Shown piece by piece: positions 38,099 through 46,899 of a DNA stretch of 58,720 bases. This stretch comes from Lachnospiraceae bacterium (GTDB lineage: Bacteria; Bacillota; Clostridia; Lachnospirales; Lachnospiraceae), in assembly GCA_017455005.1 (NCBI GenBank), contig JAFTBX010000034.1:1-58720 (forward strand), written 5' to 3'. The position numbers and the translations under genes were made by a program. Position 1 is the first letter of the stretch. The number at the start of each line of letters is the position of its first letter. The notes below the pieces were generated by a model. It was not told the origin of the DNA. It saw only the letters and a program-made list of their open reading frames with translations, and did no database searches.

Positions 38099-40005
38099 TA
38101 CAGCATTTTCCGGTATTAGCCGTTATGCTCCTGTTCCTGGGCGCGTTCTGTGTTGAGATCTTCGGATCCAACAACGCGGGCATCCGGAACACGATCGCTA
38201 TGCTGGCGGCAACCATTGCACTCGTACTTATTTATGCCCTGATCAAGCCCGTTATGATCGACGGCGAGATCATCAGTTACTGGATGGGTAACTGGGCACC
38301 TGTATCCGGCTATGCCATCGGTATCGGCTACGAAGTCGATGCGCTCAGCCTGTTCTTTGCGCTCCTGGTCGTTACGACTTTCTGGCTCAGCGGCGTTTAC
38401 TCCATGAGCTACATGGCAAAGGACCATCACCTCGGACATTACTACACCCTGTACCTGATGCTTTCCGGTTCTGTACTCGGTCTTGTAATGACGGGCGATA
38501 TCTTCAACATGTTCGTCATGATCGAGATCATGACCTTCGCGTCTGTCGCGCTGACCGCATTCCGTAATGAGAATGAGGGCACCCTCGAGGCAGGCTTCAA
38601 GTATCTGGTCATCGGTTCCATGGGTTCATCCTTTACCCTGACCGGTATCGCCCTGATCTACGGTCAGTGCCATACCCTGAACATGGCGCAGATCAGCGCT
38701 CAGCTCTGCACCGGCATGACCCCGACCACCATCATGGCATTTGCCCTGATCGTTGCAGGTTTCGGCGTTAAGAGCTACATCGTTCCGTTCCATACACCGG
38801 CAGCCGATGCTTACATGGTTGCTCCGACCTCTGTTTCCATGATCTTCTCAGGCATGGTCAACAAGGCTGGTGTTTACGGCATGATCAGAGTGCTCTACAT
38901 CATCTTCAGAGCGATGGACAAGTCCTCCGTACAGATGCTCGTTGTCATCTTCGGCGCAGTTACCATGTTCATCGGCGTCACCATGGCGCTTGCTCAGCAT
39001 GACTTCAAGCGTCTGCTGGCATTCCACTCCATTTCCCAGATCGGTTACGTTATCACCGCGATCGGTCTCGGAACCGCGCTGGGCATCACCGGCGGTCTGT
39101 TCCATGCCATGAACCACACCCTGTTCAAGGGTCTGCTGTTCCTGACTGCAGGCGCTGTTCTGTATGCTACCGGCACCACCAACCTCGACAAGCTCGGCGG
39201 TCTGTCCAAGAAGATGCCCAAGACCTGCATCTGCTTCCTGATCGGCGCATTCTCCATCTCGGGTCTGCCGCCCTTCAACGGATTCGTTTCCAAGTGGCTT
39301 GTCTACCAGGCAACCTACACCAAGGCAGTAGAGACCGGCAACTTCGTATACGCGATCGTTACCGTTGTTGCGCTGATCGTTTCTGTCATGACCCTGGCAT
39401 CCTTCATCAAGGTCACCCAGGCTGTATTCTTCGGCCAGCTTCCGGCTGAGCTTAAGAAGACCCAGGAAGTTCCGGCTTCCATGCTTGTTCCGATGTATCT
39501 TATGTCCGCTCTGTGCGTACTCTGCGGCATTTTCTACCCGATCGTGAACAAGTACCTGCTTCATCCGGCTACCGAGGCTACGCTCAATGTCACCAACTAC
39601 ATCGACAAGATGATGGGCGACGGCTACGCGGCTATGATGGGCGCTCAGAATATCGAAGTGGCTCCGGTACAGTTCAGCTACTGGAACCCGATCGTATGGC
39701 TGATCCTCTTTGTTATCATCTTTGTTGCGGCATTCCTTGTGATCACCGGTTCAAAGAGCAGCAGAGGACAGGTCCTCAATCCGGGCGTCAAGTATGATCC
39801 CAAGTACGCTACTTTCTTCTCAGGTGAAGAGGAGCTCTTCTCACAGGTCGGCGGATCTGATCTGTTCTGGGGCTTCAAGACAGACTGGAAGGGCTACTAC
39901 AAGGTCCTTGAAGGCCTGCACAGCGGTATCGTAACGGATTATGCCGGCTGGACCGTCATGGCGACTGCGATCATCACCGTTTGTATGTTTATCTTTATGC
40001 GTTAA
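38095..40005 (+). CDS. mbhH: MrpD/NuoL-N-like proton-conducting antiporter subunit (MbhH-type) with ~130-aa C-terminal extension
   Basis: Proton_antipo_M core (FHTPAADAYMVAPTSVSMIFSGMVNKAGVYG, HMLNHTLFKG-like HAMNHTLFKGLLFL). The extra C-terminal region has two hydrophobic helices. Confidence 0.8.
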   Translation: MIQHFPVLAVMLLFLGAFCVEIFGSNNAGIRNTIAMLAATIALVLIYALIKPVMIDGEIISYWMGNWAPVSGYAIGIGYEVDALSLFFALLVVTTFWLSGVYSMSYMAKDHHLGHYYTLYLMLSGSVLGLVMTGDIFNMFVMIEIMTFASVALTAFRNENEGTLEAGFKYLVIGSMGSSFTLTGIALIYGQCHTLNMAQISAQLCTGMTPTTIMAFALIVAGFGVKSYIVPFHTPAADAYMVAPTSVSMIFSGMVNKAGVYGMIRVLYIIFRAMDKSSVQMLVVIFGAVTMFIGVTMALAQHDFKRLLAFHSISQIGYVITAIGLGTALGITGGLFHAMNHTLFKGLLFLTAGAVLYATGTTNLDKLGGLSKKMPKTCICFLIGAFSISGLPPFNGFVSKWLVYQATYTKAVETGNFVYAIVTVVALIVSVMTLASFIKVTQAVFFGQLPAELKKTQEVPASMLVPMYLMSALCVLCGIFYPIVNKYLLHPATEATLNVTNYIDKMMGDGYAAMMGAQNIEVAPVQFSYWNPIVWLILFVIIFVAAFLVITGSKSSRGQVLNPGVKYDPKYATFFSGEEELFSQVGGSDLFWGFKTDWKGYYKVLEGLHSGIVTDYAGWTVMATAIITVCMFIFMR

Positions 40006-40020
40006 GGGGAGGGAAGGAAA

Positions 40021-40971
40021 ATGATTATATTGAGAAGTTTATTCTACATCCTGATTTTCCCGGGCGCACTGTTCACAGCCTGCTTCGGCCTGTTCCTCGC
40101 AGGCGTTGACCGTAAGGTCGTTGCCCGCATGCAGCATCGTATCGGACCGCCGTTAAGACAGCCCATGTACGATTTCTTCAAGCTGCTCGGCAAGGAAACC
40201 ATCATTCCGCACGCTGCCAATAAGATCGCATTCCTTGGCGCGCCGATCATCGGTTTTGTAAGCCTTGCCCTGATCATGCTCTTCATCCCGGTAGGCGGTC
40301 TCACCGCTTTCTCCGGCAATGCCGACATGATCGTTATCCTTTACCTCATCACGATCCCGGGCGTTGCCCTGATCGTAGGCGGTTCCTCCTCAGGTTCACC
40401 GTACGCAGGTATCGGTATCTCCCGTGAGATGGTTACCATGATGGCATACGAGCTTCCGTTCGTTCTGGTCCTTCTGGCAGTTGCCAGAAAGGCTGGCGGA
40501 AGTGAGCTGGCATTCTCCATGGAGCAGGTTGCAAACTGGCAGGCAGCCAACGGCAACATGCTGTTCCAGTGGAGCATGATCCCGGCAGCAATCGCTATGC
40601 TTCTGGTCGTTCCGGCCGAAGTCGGCACTCAGCCCTTCGACGTAGCGGAAGCGGAGACCGAGATCTGTGAAGGTCCCCTGATCGAGTACAGCGGTTCCGC
40701 GCTCGGCATGTTCAAGCTGAACAGCGCCATGAAGATGTTTGTTATGTCCGGACTGTTTGTTTCCCTGTTCCTGGGCGGCATCCGCACCGGATTCGTCGTA
40801 TGCGACGTCATCGTCTTCATCCTGCTCTGCATCGTCGTGACCATCCTCTGCATGTCCACGATCCACGCAGTTACCGCTCGTCTGAAGATCGAGCATCTGT
40901 TCAAGTTTTACTGGACATTTGTCGCGGGCATGGCACTCTGCAGCCTGATCCTTGTATGGTGCGGCTTATAA
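40021..40971 (+). CDS. mbhM: NuoH/HycD/EchB-like membrane subunit (MbhM-type)
   Basis: RKVVARMQHRIGPP and GSPYAGIGISREM motifs of the NuoH family; 8 TM-like segments. Confidence 0.82.
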   Translation: MIILRSLFYILIFPGALFTACFGLFLAGVDRKVVARMQHRIGPPLRQPMYDFFKLLGKETIIPHAANKIAFLGAPIIGFVSLALIMLFIPVGGLTAFSGNADMIVILYLITIPGVALIVGGSSSGSPYAGIGISREMVTMMAYELPFVLVLLAVARKAGGSELAFSMEQVANWQAANGNMLFQWSMIPAAIAMLLVVPAEVGTQPFDVAEAETEICEGPLIEYSGSALGMFKLNSAMKMFVMSGLFVSLFLGGIRTGFVVCDVIVFILLCIVVTILCMSTIHAVTARLKIEHLFKFYWTFVAGMALCSLILVWCGL

Positions 40972-40989
40972 TCGAGGAGGTAAGAAAGA

Positions 40990-41436
40990 ATGTTTAATAA
41001 ATTAATTAACGACAGCGCTTCGAAATCTCCCTGGCTCTACCATATCAACTCCGGTTCCTGCAACGGCTGCGATATCGAGCTGGTTGCATGCCTGACACCC
41101 CGTTATGATGCCGAGCGTTTCGGCTTCAAGCTGGCAGGTACCCCGAGACACGCGGATATCGTTGTCGTCTCCGGCCCGGTCACTTCTCAGTCCAAGGAGA
41201 GACTGATCCGTACTCTGGCACAGGTGCCGGAACCCAAGTGCGTTGTATCACTTGGTTCCTGCCCGAAGTCAGGCAATGTTTTCAAGGGAAGCTACTCCGT
41301 AGAGGCTCCGCTGGATGACTACTGCCATGTTGATGTTTCCGTCGCAGGCTGCACACCCAAGCCGGAAGCAATCATGGAAGGACTCTACAAGGCAGCCCTG
41401 ATTTTGAAAGAGAAGAGGGAGGCGATGCACAAATGA
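40990..41436 (+). CDS. mbhJ: [NiFe]-hydrogenase small subunit, NuoB-like (MbhJ-type)
   Basis: The NuoB Cys pattern for the proximal [4Fe-4S] cluster is present: GSCNGCDIE, GSCP, GCTPKPEAI. Confidence 0.85.
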   Translation: MFNKLINDSASKSPWLYHINSGSCNGCDIELVACLTPRYDAERFGFKLAGTPRHADIVVVSGPVTSQSKERLIRTLAQVPEPKCVVSLGSCPKSGNVFKGSYSVEAPLDDYCHVDVSVAGCTPKPEAIMEGLYKAALILKEKREAMHK

Positions 41437-42185
41437 TGTTCCCCTTTCTGAAGAAAGCTGTAACCAACGCATTCACCAAACCCAGCACGGAAGCATTTCC
41501 ATGTCCGGAAGCGGAAGGCCTCGGCAAGTACCGCGGCAGGATCGCTTTTGACGGCGAGAAGTGCGTAGACTGCGGCATGTGCATCAAGGTTTGCGCTCCG
41601 GCAGCGATCACGCTGGATCGTGAAGACGTAGAAGGCGGTCAGAATATCTGGCGTACCTTTGATCTGACCTCCTGTACCTTCTGCGCGACCTGCGCGGATT
41701 TCTGCGACGAGGGCGCGATTCAGATGACCACGGACTACCACATGGTAGGAACCAAGCACGAGGATCTCCTTGTCAAGGGCGTGACCTTCAAGAAAACCAT
41801 CATGGGCGAGCTCGAGTGCGATACCGACAATTGTATCTACTGCGGCCTTTGCGCGCGTAACTGCCCGCAGGGCGCGATCACTGTGGATCGTACCACCAAG
41901 ACCTGGCAGATCGATCACGAGAAGTGCGTAAAGTGCGGTATCTGTATCGGCAAGTGCCCGAAGAAGGTACTGAAGTTCGGCGAGCCGAAGCCGGAAGGCG
42001 TTGTCTTCGACGAGAGCAAGTGCGTATACTGCACGCTCTGCGCGAAGAAGTGCCCGGTCGGCGCGATCGAAGTAGACCGCCCGAACAAGACCTGGACGAT
42101 CAACCGCGAGACCTGCATCAAGTGCGGCGCCTGCGTAAAGGGCTGCCCGAAGCAGGCACTCTCCATGGGTCCGATCGAAGAGTAA
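41433..42185 (+). CDS. mbhN: Poly-ferredoxin electron-transfer subunit (MbhN/NuoI-related) with six CxxCxxCxxxC motifs
   Basis: Six motifs: CVDCGMCIKVC, CTFCATCADFC, CIYCGLCARNC, CVKCGICIGKC, CVYCTLCAKKC, CIKCGACVKGC. 4-nt overlap with mbhJ. Confidence 0.8.
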   Translation: MMFPFLKKAVTNAFTKPSTEAFPCPEAEGLGKYRGRIAFDGEKCVDCGMCIKVCAPAAITLDREDVEGGQNIWRTFDLTSCTFCATCADFCDEGAIQMTTDYHMVGTKHEDLLVKGVTFKKTIMGELECDTDNCIYCGLCARNCPQGAITVDRTTKTWQIDHEKCVKCGICIGKCPKKVLKFGEPKPEGVVFDESKCVYCTLCAKKCPVGAIEVDRPNKTWTINRETCIKCGACVKGCPKQALSMGPIEE

Positions 42186-42221
42186 AAGGTCATTACAAAA
42201 ACATAATTCCTTCTATTAACG

Positions 42222-42252
42222 GCGGCGCATACCTCAGGGTATGCGCCGTTTT
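42222..42252 (+). terminator. Rho-independent terminator of the hyp-mbh block
   Basis: CGGCGCATACC-tcag-GGTATGCGCCG followed by TTTTGTTG. Confidence 0.85.
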
Positions 42253-42392
42253 GTTGTGGGCAGCAATGAGGAAACTATGCAGGAATGATGCGCCCCTGAA
42301 TAATATTGAATGACGGAAAAACATAGTTATTCGATATATTAGATAAAACGATAACCGATTATAAGTATTTTAAAAAGAACAATCCAAATGTA

Positions 42393-42421
42393 TTGACATG
42401 TGTTAGATACAGTGATATCAT
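42393..42421 (+). promoter_or_regulatory. Sigma-A promoter of the Met-leader / metQ-like unit
   Basis: TTGACA (42393-42398), 17-nt spacer, extended -10 TGaTATCAT (42413-42421). Confidence 0.6.
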
Positions 42422-42549
42422 TACGCACAACAAGAAGAAATACCCAGTAAACAGATAGGTAATAAACTGTTTCAGGGCGCCGGATGAACCTCGCGCCTCA
42501 GATGTGAGGACGACATCCGCAGACTCTATACGGGAAAGGAGGACCAGCC

Positions 42550-42618
42550 ATGAAGAGACTTCATACGATGACAGCCATGTGTATGTACATGTGCGGCATG
42601 ATGCGCCGTATGTATTAA
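42550..42618 (+). CDS. 22-codon Met/Cys-rich small ORF (candidate regulatory leader peptide) MKRLHTMTAMCMYMCGMMRRMY
   Basis: AAAGGAGG (42535-42542) lies 7 nt before the ATG. 8 of 22 codons are ATG and 2 are Cys. The ORF is followed by two intrinsic terminators before the metQ-like gene. It is not in the ORF track because it is under 60 aa. Confidence 0.55.
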   Translation: MKRLHTMTAMCMYMCGMMRRMY

Positions 42619-42667
42619 AGTCGTTCTTCGCATGAGCTGAGTTTTCAAATACAGTTGAATCATCAGA

Positions 42668-42695
42668 CAGGGCGATCGGACGACGCCCTGTTTTT
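42668..42695 (+). terminator. Intrinsic terminator/attenuator 1 in the metQ-like leader
   Basis: CAGGGCG-atcggacga-CGCCCTG followed by TTTTT. Lies 49 nt after the small-ORF stop. Confidence 0.7.
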
Positions 42696-42803
42696 ATGTG
42701 GGAAGATTTGAAAGCACGCGACGGTCATCAGGACCGGGATATCGTGTGCACGGACTGTGATGGGACAGTACGGCGGAAAGGATCAACCACAGGATGCAAG
42801 CGG

Positions 42804-42844
42804 CATCCGCAGGGCAGCAGCTATGCTTTATGCGGATGTTTTTT
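42804..42844 (+). terminator. Intrinsic terminator/attenuator 2 in the metQ-like leader
   Basis: CATCCGCA-N19-TGCGGATG followed by TTTTTT. The 5' arm can alternatively pair with GGATGC at 42792-42797. Confidence 0.65.
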
Positions 42845-42992
42845 ATTGTAAAAAACCGGGCGCAAGGCCTTACCGGAAACGGCATCCGGATAAAGACGGA
42901 AAGGAACATACAGCCGGGAAGAAGATCCTTCCCGGAGACCATCACAGAAAAACCCGGGATCCACGGGCAGTTCAGACTTAAGGAGGAACATC

Positions 42993-43982
42993 ATGAAAAA
43001 GAATATCATAGCAGCAGCACTTACGGCGATCATTGCGTCATCAGCCATCACCGCATGCGGCGGTTCTACCGCGGCAGCAACCACAGCCGCAGCAACAACA
43101 GCCGCAGCAACGACGGCCGCAGAAACGACGGCAGCTGCCGCAGCAGAGACCACAGAAGAGGAAGCGGCAGATGCAAAACCGGTTGAGGCTGCGGAAGGCG
43201 CAGAAGCGGATACTGCAGAACCGATTCACCTGACCATCGGCGTGACCGGAAGCGTCTATGACGATCTCTGGGCACCGGCGATCGAGACCCTGGAGCAGGA
43301 AGGCATCATCCTTGAGACCGTACAGTTTTCCGACTATGTTACACCCAACAACGCCCTTGCCAACGGTGAGACCGATCTGAACGGCTTCCAGCACCGCATC
43401 TATCTGGCATCGGAGATCGAGCAGTACGGTTACGAGATCACCAACATCGGCAATACCTTCATCTCCCCGATGAACCTTTATTCCGACAAACTCACTTCCC
43501 TGGACGAACTTCAGGACGGAGACGTCATTGCGATCCCGAATGATCCCACAAACGGCGGCAGAGCCATCAAGGTCCTGAGCGACGCAGGTCTGATCACACT
43601 GAAGGCTGACGCCGGATTCAACCCGACAGTGGAGGATGTGGAGACTTATAACGTCGGTATCACCATCGAGGAACTTGCGGCCAACACCATCCCGTCGATC
43701 CTTCCGGATGTGGCTGCGGCGATCATCAACGGCAACTACGCGCTTGACTTCGGCTTAAGGACGGAAGACGCGCTCTTCCATGACAAGATGGAGGAAGAGG
43801 AGTACTGGAACCTGATCGCCTGCAGGACGGAGGACTTAAGCGATCCGGTGCTGGTCGAGGCATATGACAAGGTCGTCAAGGCATACCAGTCCGCAGGAAC
43901 AAAGCAGGTCTACGACGAGCAGTTCGGCGGCTACTATGTAGGCGTAGGCTGGGACCAGGACCTGCTTGCAGATTACAAGTGA
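42993..43982 (+). CDS. metQ: MetQ/NlpA family methionine(-analogue)-binding lipoprotein, no adjacent MetN/MetI
   Basis: Lipobox ITAC. Core similar to MetQ (DYVTPNNALANGETDLNGFQH, SLDELQDGDVIAIPNDPTNGGRA). AAGGAGG SD. Confidence 0.85.
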   Translation: MKKNIIAAALTAIIASSAITACGGSTAAATTAAATTAAATTAAETTAAAAAETTEEEAADAKPVEAAEGAEADTAEPIHLTIGVTGSVYDDLWAPAIETLEQEGIILETVQFSDYVTPNNALANGETDLNGFQHRIYLASEIEQYGYEITNIGNTFISPMNLYSDKLTSLDELQDGDVIAIPNDPTNGGRAIKVLSDAGLITLKADAGFNPTVEDVETYNVGITIEELAANTIPSILPDVAAAIINGNYALDFGLRTEDALFHDKMEEEEYWNLIACRTEDLSDPVLVEAYDKVVKAYQSAGTKQVYDEQFGGYYVGVGWDQDLLADYK

Positions 43983-44109
43983 TATAAGTGATAAGCCCTG
44001 ACAGACGGGTGACCGCGCCGCAGACCCGCCTGCAGGTGCGGCCTTCCATACGGGAGGGCAACAGATATCCCCTATATTTTGATCACTAAGGATTTATATA
44101 TACAGATTT

Positions 44110-45510
44110 ATGGCTACACTACTTCAGGACCTCATCCGGATCATACCGGATCCGGAGAGGATCATCACAGAAAACATTGACAGAAAATACTTAAGCGACC
44201 AGCTCGGCCGTAAGCAGGGACATGCCGACGCACTTATATTCGCGGTTTCCACCGAAGAGGTAAGCGGCGTGCTGCGGTACGCGTGGAAGCATGCTATCGC
44301 TGTGACGCCGCGCGGCGCCGGTACCAATCTGGTCGGGTCCACTGTGCCGCAAAAGGGAGGCATCATCCTGGATTTGAGCCGGATGAACCGTATCCTGGAA
44401 CTGGATGAGGATACCTTTACGGTGACAGTGGAGCCTGGGATACTGCTTCGCGATCTGCAGGCATACGTGGAAGCCCGCGGACTGTTCTATCCGCCGGATC
44501 CCGGTGAGAAGGAAGCGTCCATCGGCGGCAACATCAGTACCAATGCCGGCGGGATGCGGGCCGTAAAGTACGGCGTTACCAGGGATTATGTGCGCGGGCT
44601 GGAGCTTGTCACGGCAGACGGAACGGTCATGACGGTCGGCACCAAGAATGTAAAGGACACGACCGGCCTGCCTTTAAAGCACCTCATCATCGGCGCCGAA
44701 GGAACGCTGGCAGTGATCACAAAGTGCATCCTGCGGCTGATCCCGAAGCCGGAAACGACGGTGAGTGTACTTATCCCGTACCCCGACTTAAAGACCGGCA
44801 TCGGAAGCGTGATCCGTTTTCTGCGCGCCGATGCGGATCCGGTCGCCGTCGAATTTATGGAGCGCAGCGTTGTCAGGCTTGGTGAGGCTTATGCCGGCGT
44901 AAAGTATCCGGACGGCCCGGGCGCGGCAGGGAAAGGAAAACGGGCGGAGTCATATATCCTCCTTTCCTTTGACGGGAGCCGCAGCGAAGTCGAACAGAAA
45001 GTAGAGCGCGTACGGCGCCTTGCTTTTGAAAACGGGTCGCTTGATTACCTGCCTCTCTGGGATCCTAAGCAGGCAGCGGAGATCTGGGCCGTGCGGGGCG
45101 CTCTGGTGAAAGCTGTCGAGGCGGTCTCGGAACAGGAACCCATCGATCTGGTCGTGCCGATCGACAAGTCGGAGGAATTCATCCGCTTTGTCAATGACTT
45201 AAGCGCACGCACGGGCATGCAGATGATCAGCTTCGGACACGCGGGCGACGGCAACGTCCATCTGTGCGTCGTCCGGGGCGACCGGGACGAGGAGACCTGG
45301 GAGAGGGAGCTCGACGCAAACCTGTCAGAGCTCTACAGCCGCACCTATGAGATCGGCGGGCTGATCTCCGGAGAGCACGGGCTGGGCATTTCCAAGCGAA
45401 AGTATTTCTTTAAGGAAGCTGATCCTGCCAATGTCGACTGGATGAACCGGATCAAGGATGCGCTTGATCCGAAGCATATCCTTAATGACAGGATCTCCTA
45501 CATCAGGTAA
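44110..45510 (+). CDS. FAD-linked oxidase (GlcD / D-lactate-D-2-hydroxyacid dehydrogenase family)
   Basis: FAD_binding_4 motifs (VTPRGAGTNLVGS, ISTNAGGMRAVKYG) and a C-terminal FAD-oxidase domain (SGEHGLGISKRKY). Weak SD. Confidence 0.82.
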   Translation: MATLLQDLIRIIPDPERIITENIDRKYLSDQLGRKQGHADALIFAVSTEEVSGVLRYAWKHAIAVTPRGAGTNLVGSTVPQKGGIILDLSRMNRILELDEDTFTVTVEPGILLRDLQAYVEARGLFYPPDPGEKEASIGGNISTNAGGMRAVKYGVTRDYVRGLELVTADGTVMTVGTKNVKDTTGLPLKHLIIGAEGTLAVITKCILRLIPKPETTVSVLIPYPDLKTGIGSVIRFLRADADPVAVEFMERSVVRLGEAYAGVKYPDGPGAAGKGKRAESYILLSFDGSRSEVEQKVERVRRLAFENGSLDYLPLWDPKQAAEIWAVRGALVKAVEAVSEQEPIDLVVPIDKSEEFIRFVNDLSARTGMQMISFGHAGDGNVHLCVVRGDRDEETWERELDANLSELYSRTYEIGGLISGEHGLGISKRKYFFKEADPANVDWMNRIKDALDPKHILNDRISYIR

Positions 45511-45637
45511 GCAAAGCGGGAAAGGCTTCCGCAGCCTTCGTACGGCAGAGCATGATAAAAGCCGCTGCCTGGCCTTCAGCAGAAGGCCGCCGGAGGCAGC
45601 AACAGTAAAAAAATACAGGGTAAGGTTACAACGAAAT

Positions 45638-46798
45638 ATGAGGACACTATCTGACAGAACAGCACATTTTACGGATTCGGTGATCCGACGCATGACCAGG
45701 ATCTCCAACAAATACGGCGCGGTCAACCTTTCACAGGGATTTCCGGACTTTGATCCCCCGCGGGAGATCCTGGACCGCCTGAAGGAAGTGGCGGACGGGC
45801 CGCTCCATCAGTATTCGATCACCTGGGGCGCACAGAACATACGTGAAGCGCTGGCTGCAAAGCAGAAGTATTTTACCGGGCTTGACGTTGACCCCGACAG
45901 CGAGATCGTCGTGACCTGCGGCAGCACCGAGGCGATGATGGCGACCATGATGGCGCTCATCAACCCGGGAGAGAAGGTCGCGATCTTTTCGCCGTTTTAT
46001 GAAAACTACGGCGCGGACACGATCCTTTCCGGCGCGGAACCGGTCTACATACCGCTCGTACCGCCGGAATACGGCTTTGACCCGGAGAGACTGGAGCAGG
46101 CCTTCCGCGATGGCTGTAAGGCGCTGATCCTCTGCAATCCGTCCAATCCGTCCGGCAAGGTATTTACACGGGAAGAACTGCTTACGATCGCGGATCTTGC
46201 CGAACGCTATGACGCCTGGATCGTGACGGACGAAGTCTACGAACACATCGTTTACGCTCCGTACCGCCATATCTGCTTTGCAGCGCTTCCGGGCATGAAG
46301 GAACGGACGATCACCTGCAGCTCTCTCTCCAAGACCTACTCGATCACCGGCTGGCGTCTGGGATATACAATCGCTCCGCCCGAAGTAACGGACCGGATCA
46401 AAAAAACGCATGATTTCCTGACGGTCGGCGCAGCCGCACCCCTGCAGGAAGCGATCGTGACAGGCCTTCATTTCGGGCAGGACTATTACGACGCGCTGCT
46501 TCGGAAATACACGGCGCGCCGGGATCTCTTCCTGAAGGGCCTTGACGATATCGGCCTCATCCATAACGTGCCGCAGGGCGCATACTATGTCATGATGGAC
46601 GTGAGCGAGTTCGGCTATGACGACGACCTGAAATTCTGCGAGGACCTCGCGGCCAGGGTCGGTGTCGGCGCGGTGCCTGGTTCGAGCTTCTTCAATGAAC
46701 CGGAGAACCGCTATATCCGTTTCCATTTTGCAAAGCGCGAGGAGACGCTCAACGAGGCGCTTGCGAGGCTCGCGGATATCCGTAAGAAGATCAGATAA
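45638..46798 (+). CDS. Class-I PLP aminotransferase, YbdL/KAT-like (methionine aminotransferase type)
   Basis: Start at the internal Met at 45638. AVNLSQGFPDFDPP, TDEVYEHI and SLSKTYSITGWRLGY closely mirror E. coli YbdL motifs (INLSQGFPDFDGP, SDEVYEHI, SFGKTYHMTGWKVGY). Confidence 0.85.
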   Translation: MRTLSDRTAHFTDSVIRRMTRISNKYGAVNLSQGFPDFDPPREILDRLKEVADGPLHQYSITWGAQNIREALAAKQKYFTGLDVDPDSEIVVTCGSTEAMMATMMALINPGEKVAIFSPFYENYGADTILSGAEPVYIPLVPPEYGFDPERLEQAFRDGCKALILCNPSNPSGKVFTREELLTIADLAERYDAWIVTDEVYEHIVYAPYRHICFAALPGMKERTITCSSLSKTYSITGWRLGYTIAPPEVTDRIKKTHDFLTVGAAAPLQEAIVTGLHFGQDYYDALLRKYTARRDLFLKGLDDIGLIHNVPQGAYYVMMDVSEFGYDDDLKFCEDLAARVGVGAVPGSSFFNEPENRYIRFHFAKREETLNEALARLADIRKKIR

Positions 46799-46899
46799 AC
46801 ATCAGCCGTATATCGCTGCTATAGGTTAACATAATTATAAACAGTAACGTTATGTAAGCCGTACAGCGGTACCATCCGTCACGAAAGAAGGACAGGCAT

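Noticed and set aside
42696-43186. ORFs inside the metQ-like leader (ATG 42696 ~51 aa; 42757-42981; 42794-43186)
   Set aside because: None has an SD. They run through the terminator hairpins or out of frame across the metQ start, and their products are R/K/G/P-rich nonsense-like sequences.
45511-45637. Nested GC-rich hairpins (AAGGCT/AGCCTT; GCTGCC...GGCCTTC-agca-GAAGGCC...GGCAGC) between the FAD oxidase and aminotransferase genes, considered as a terminator
   Set aside because: They are followed by an A-rich rather than a T-rich tract on the coding strand. More likely an intra-operon stabiliser or processing hairpin. Not called as a terminator.
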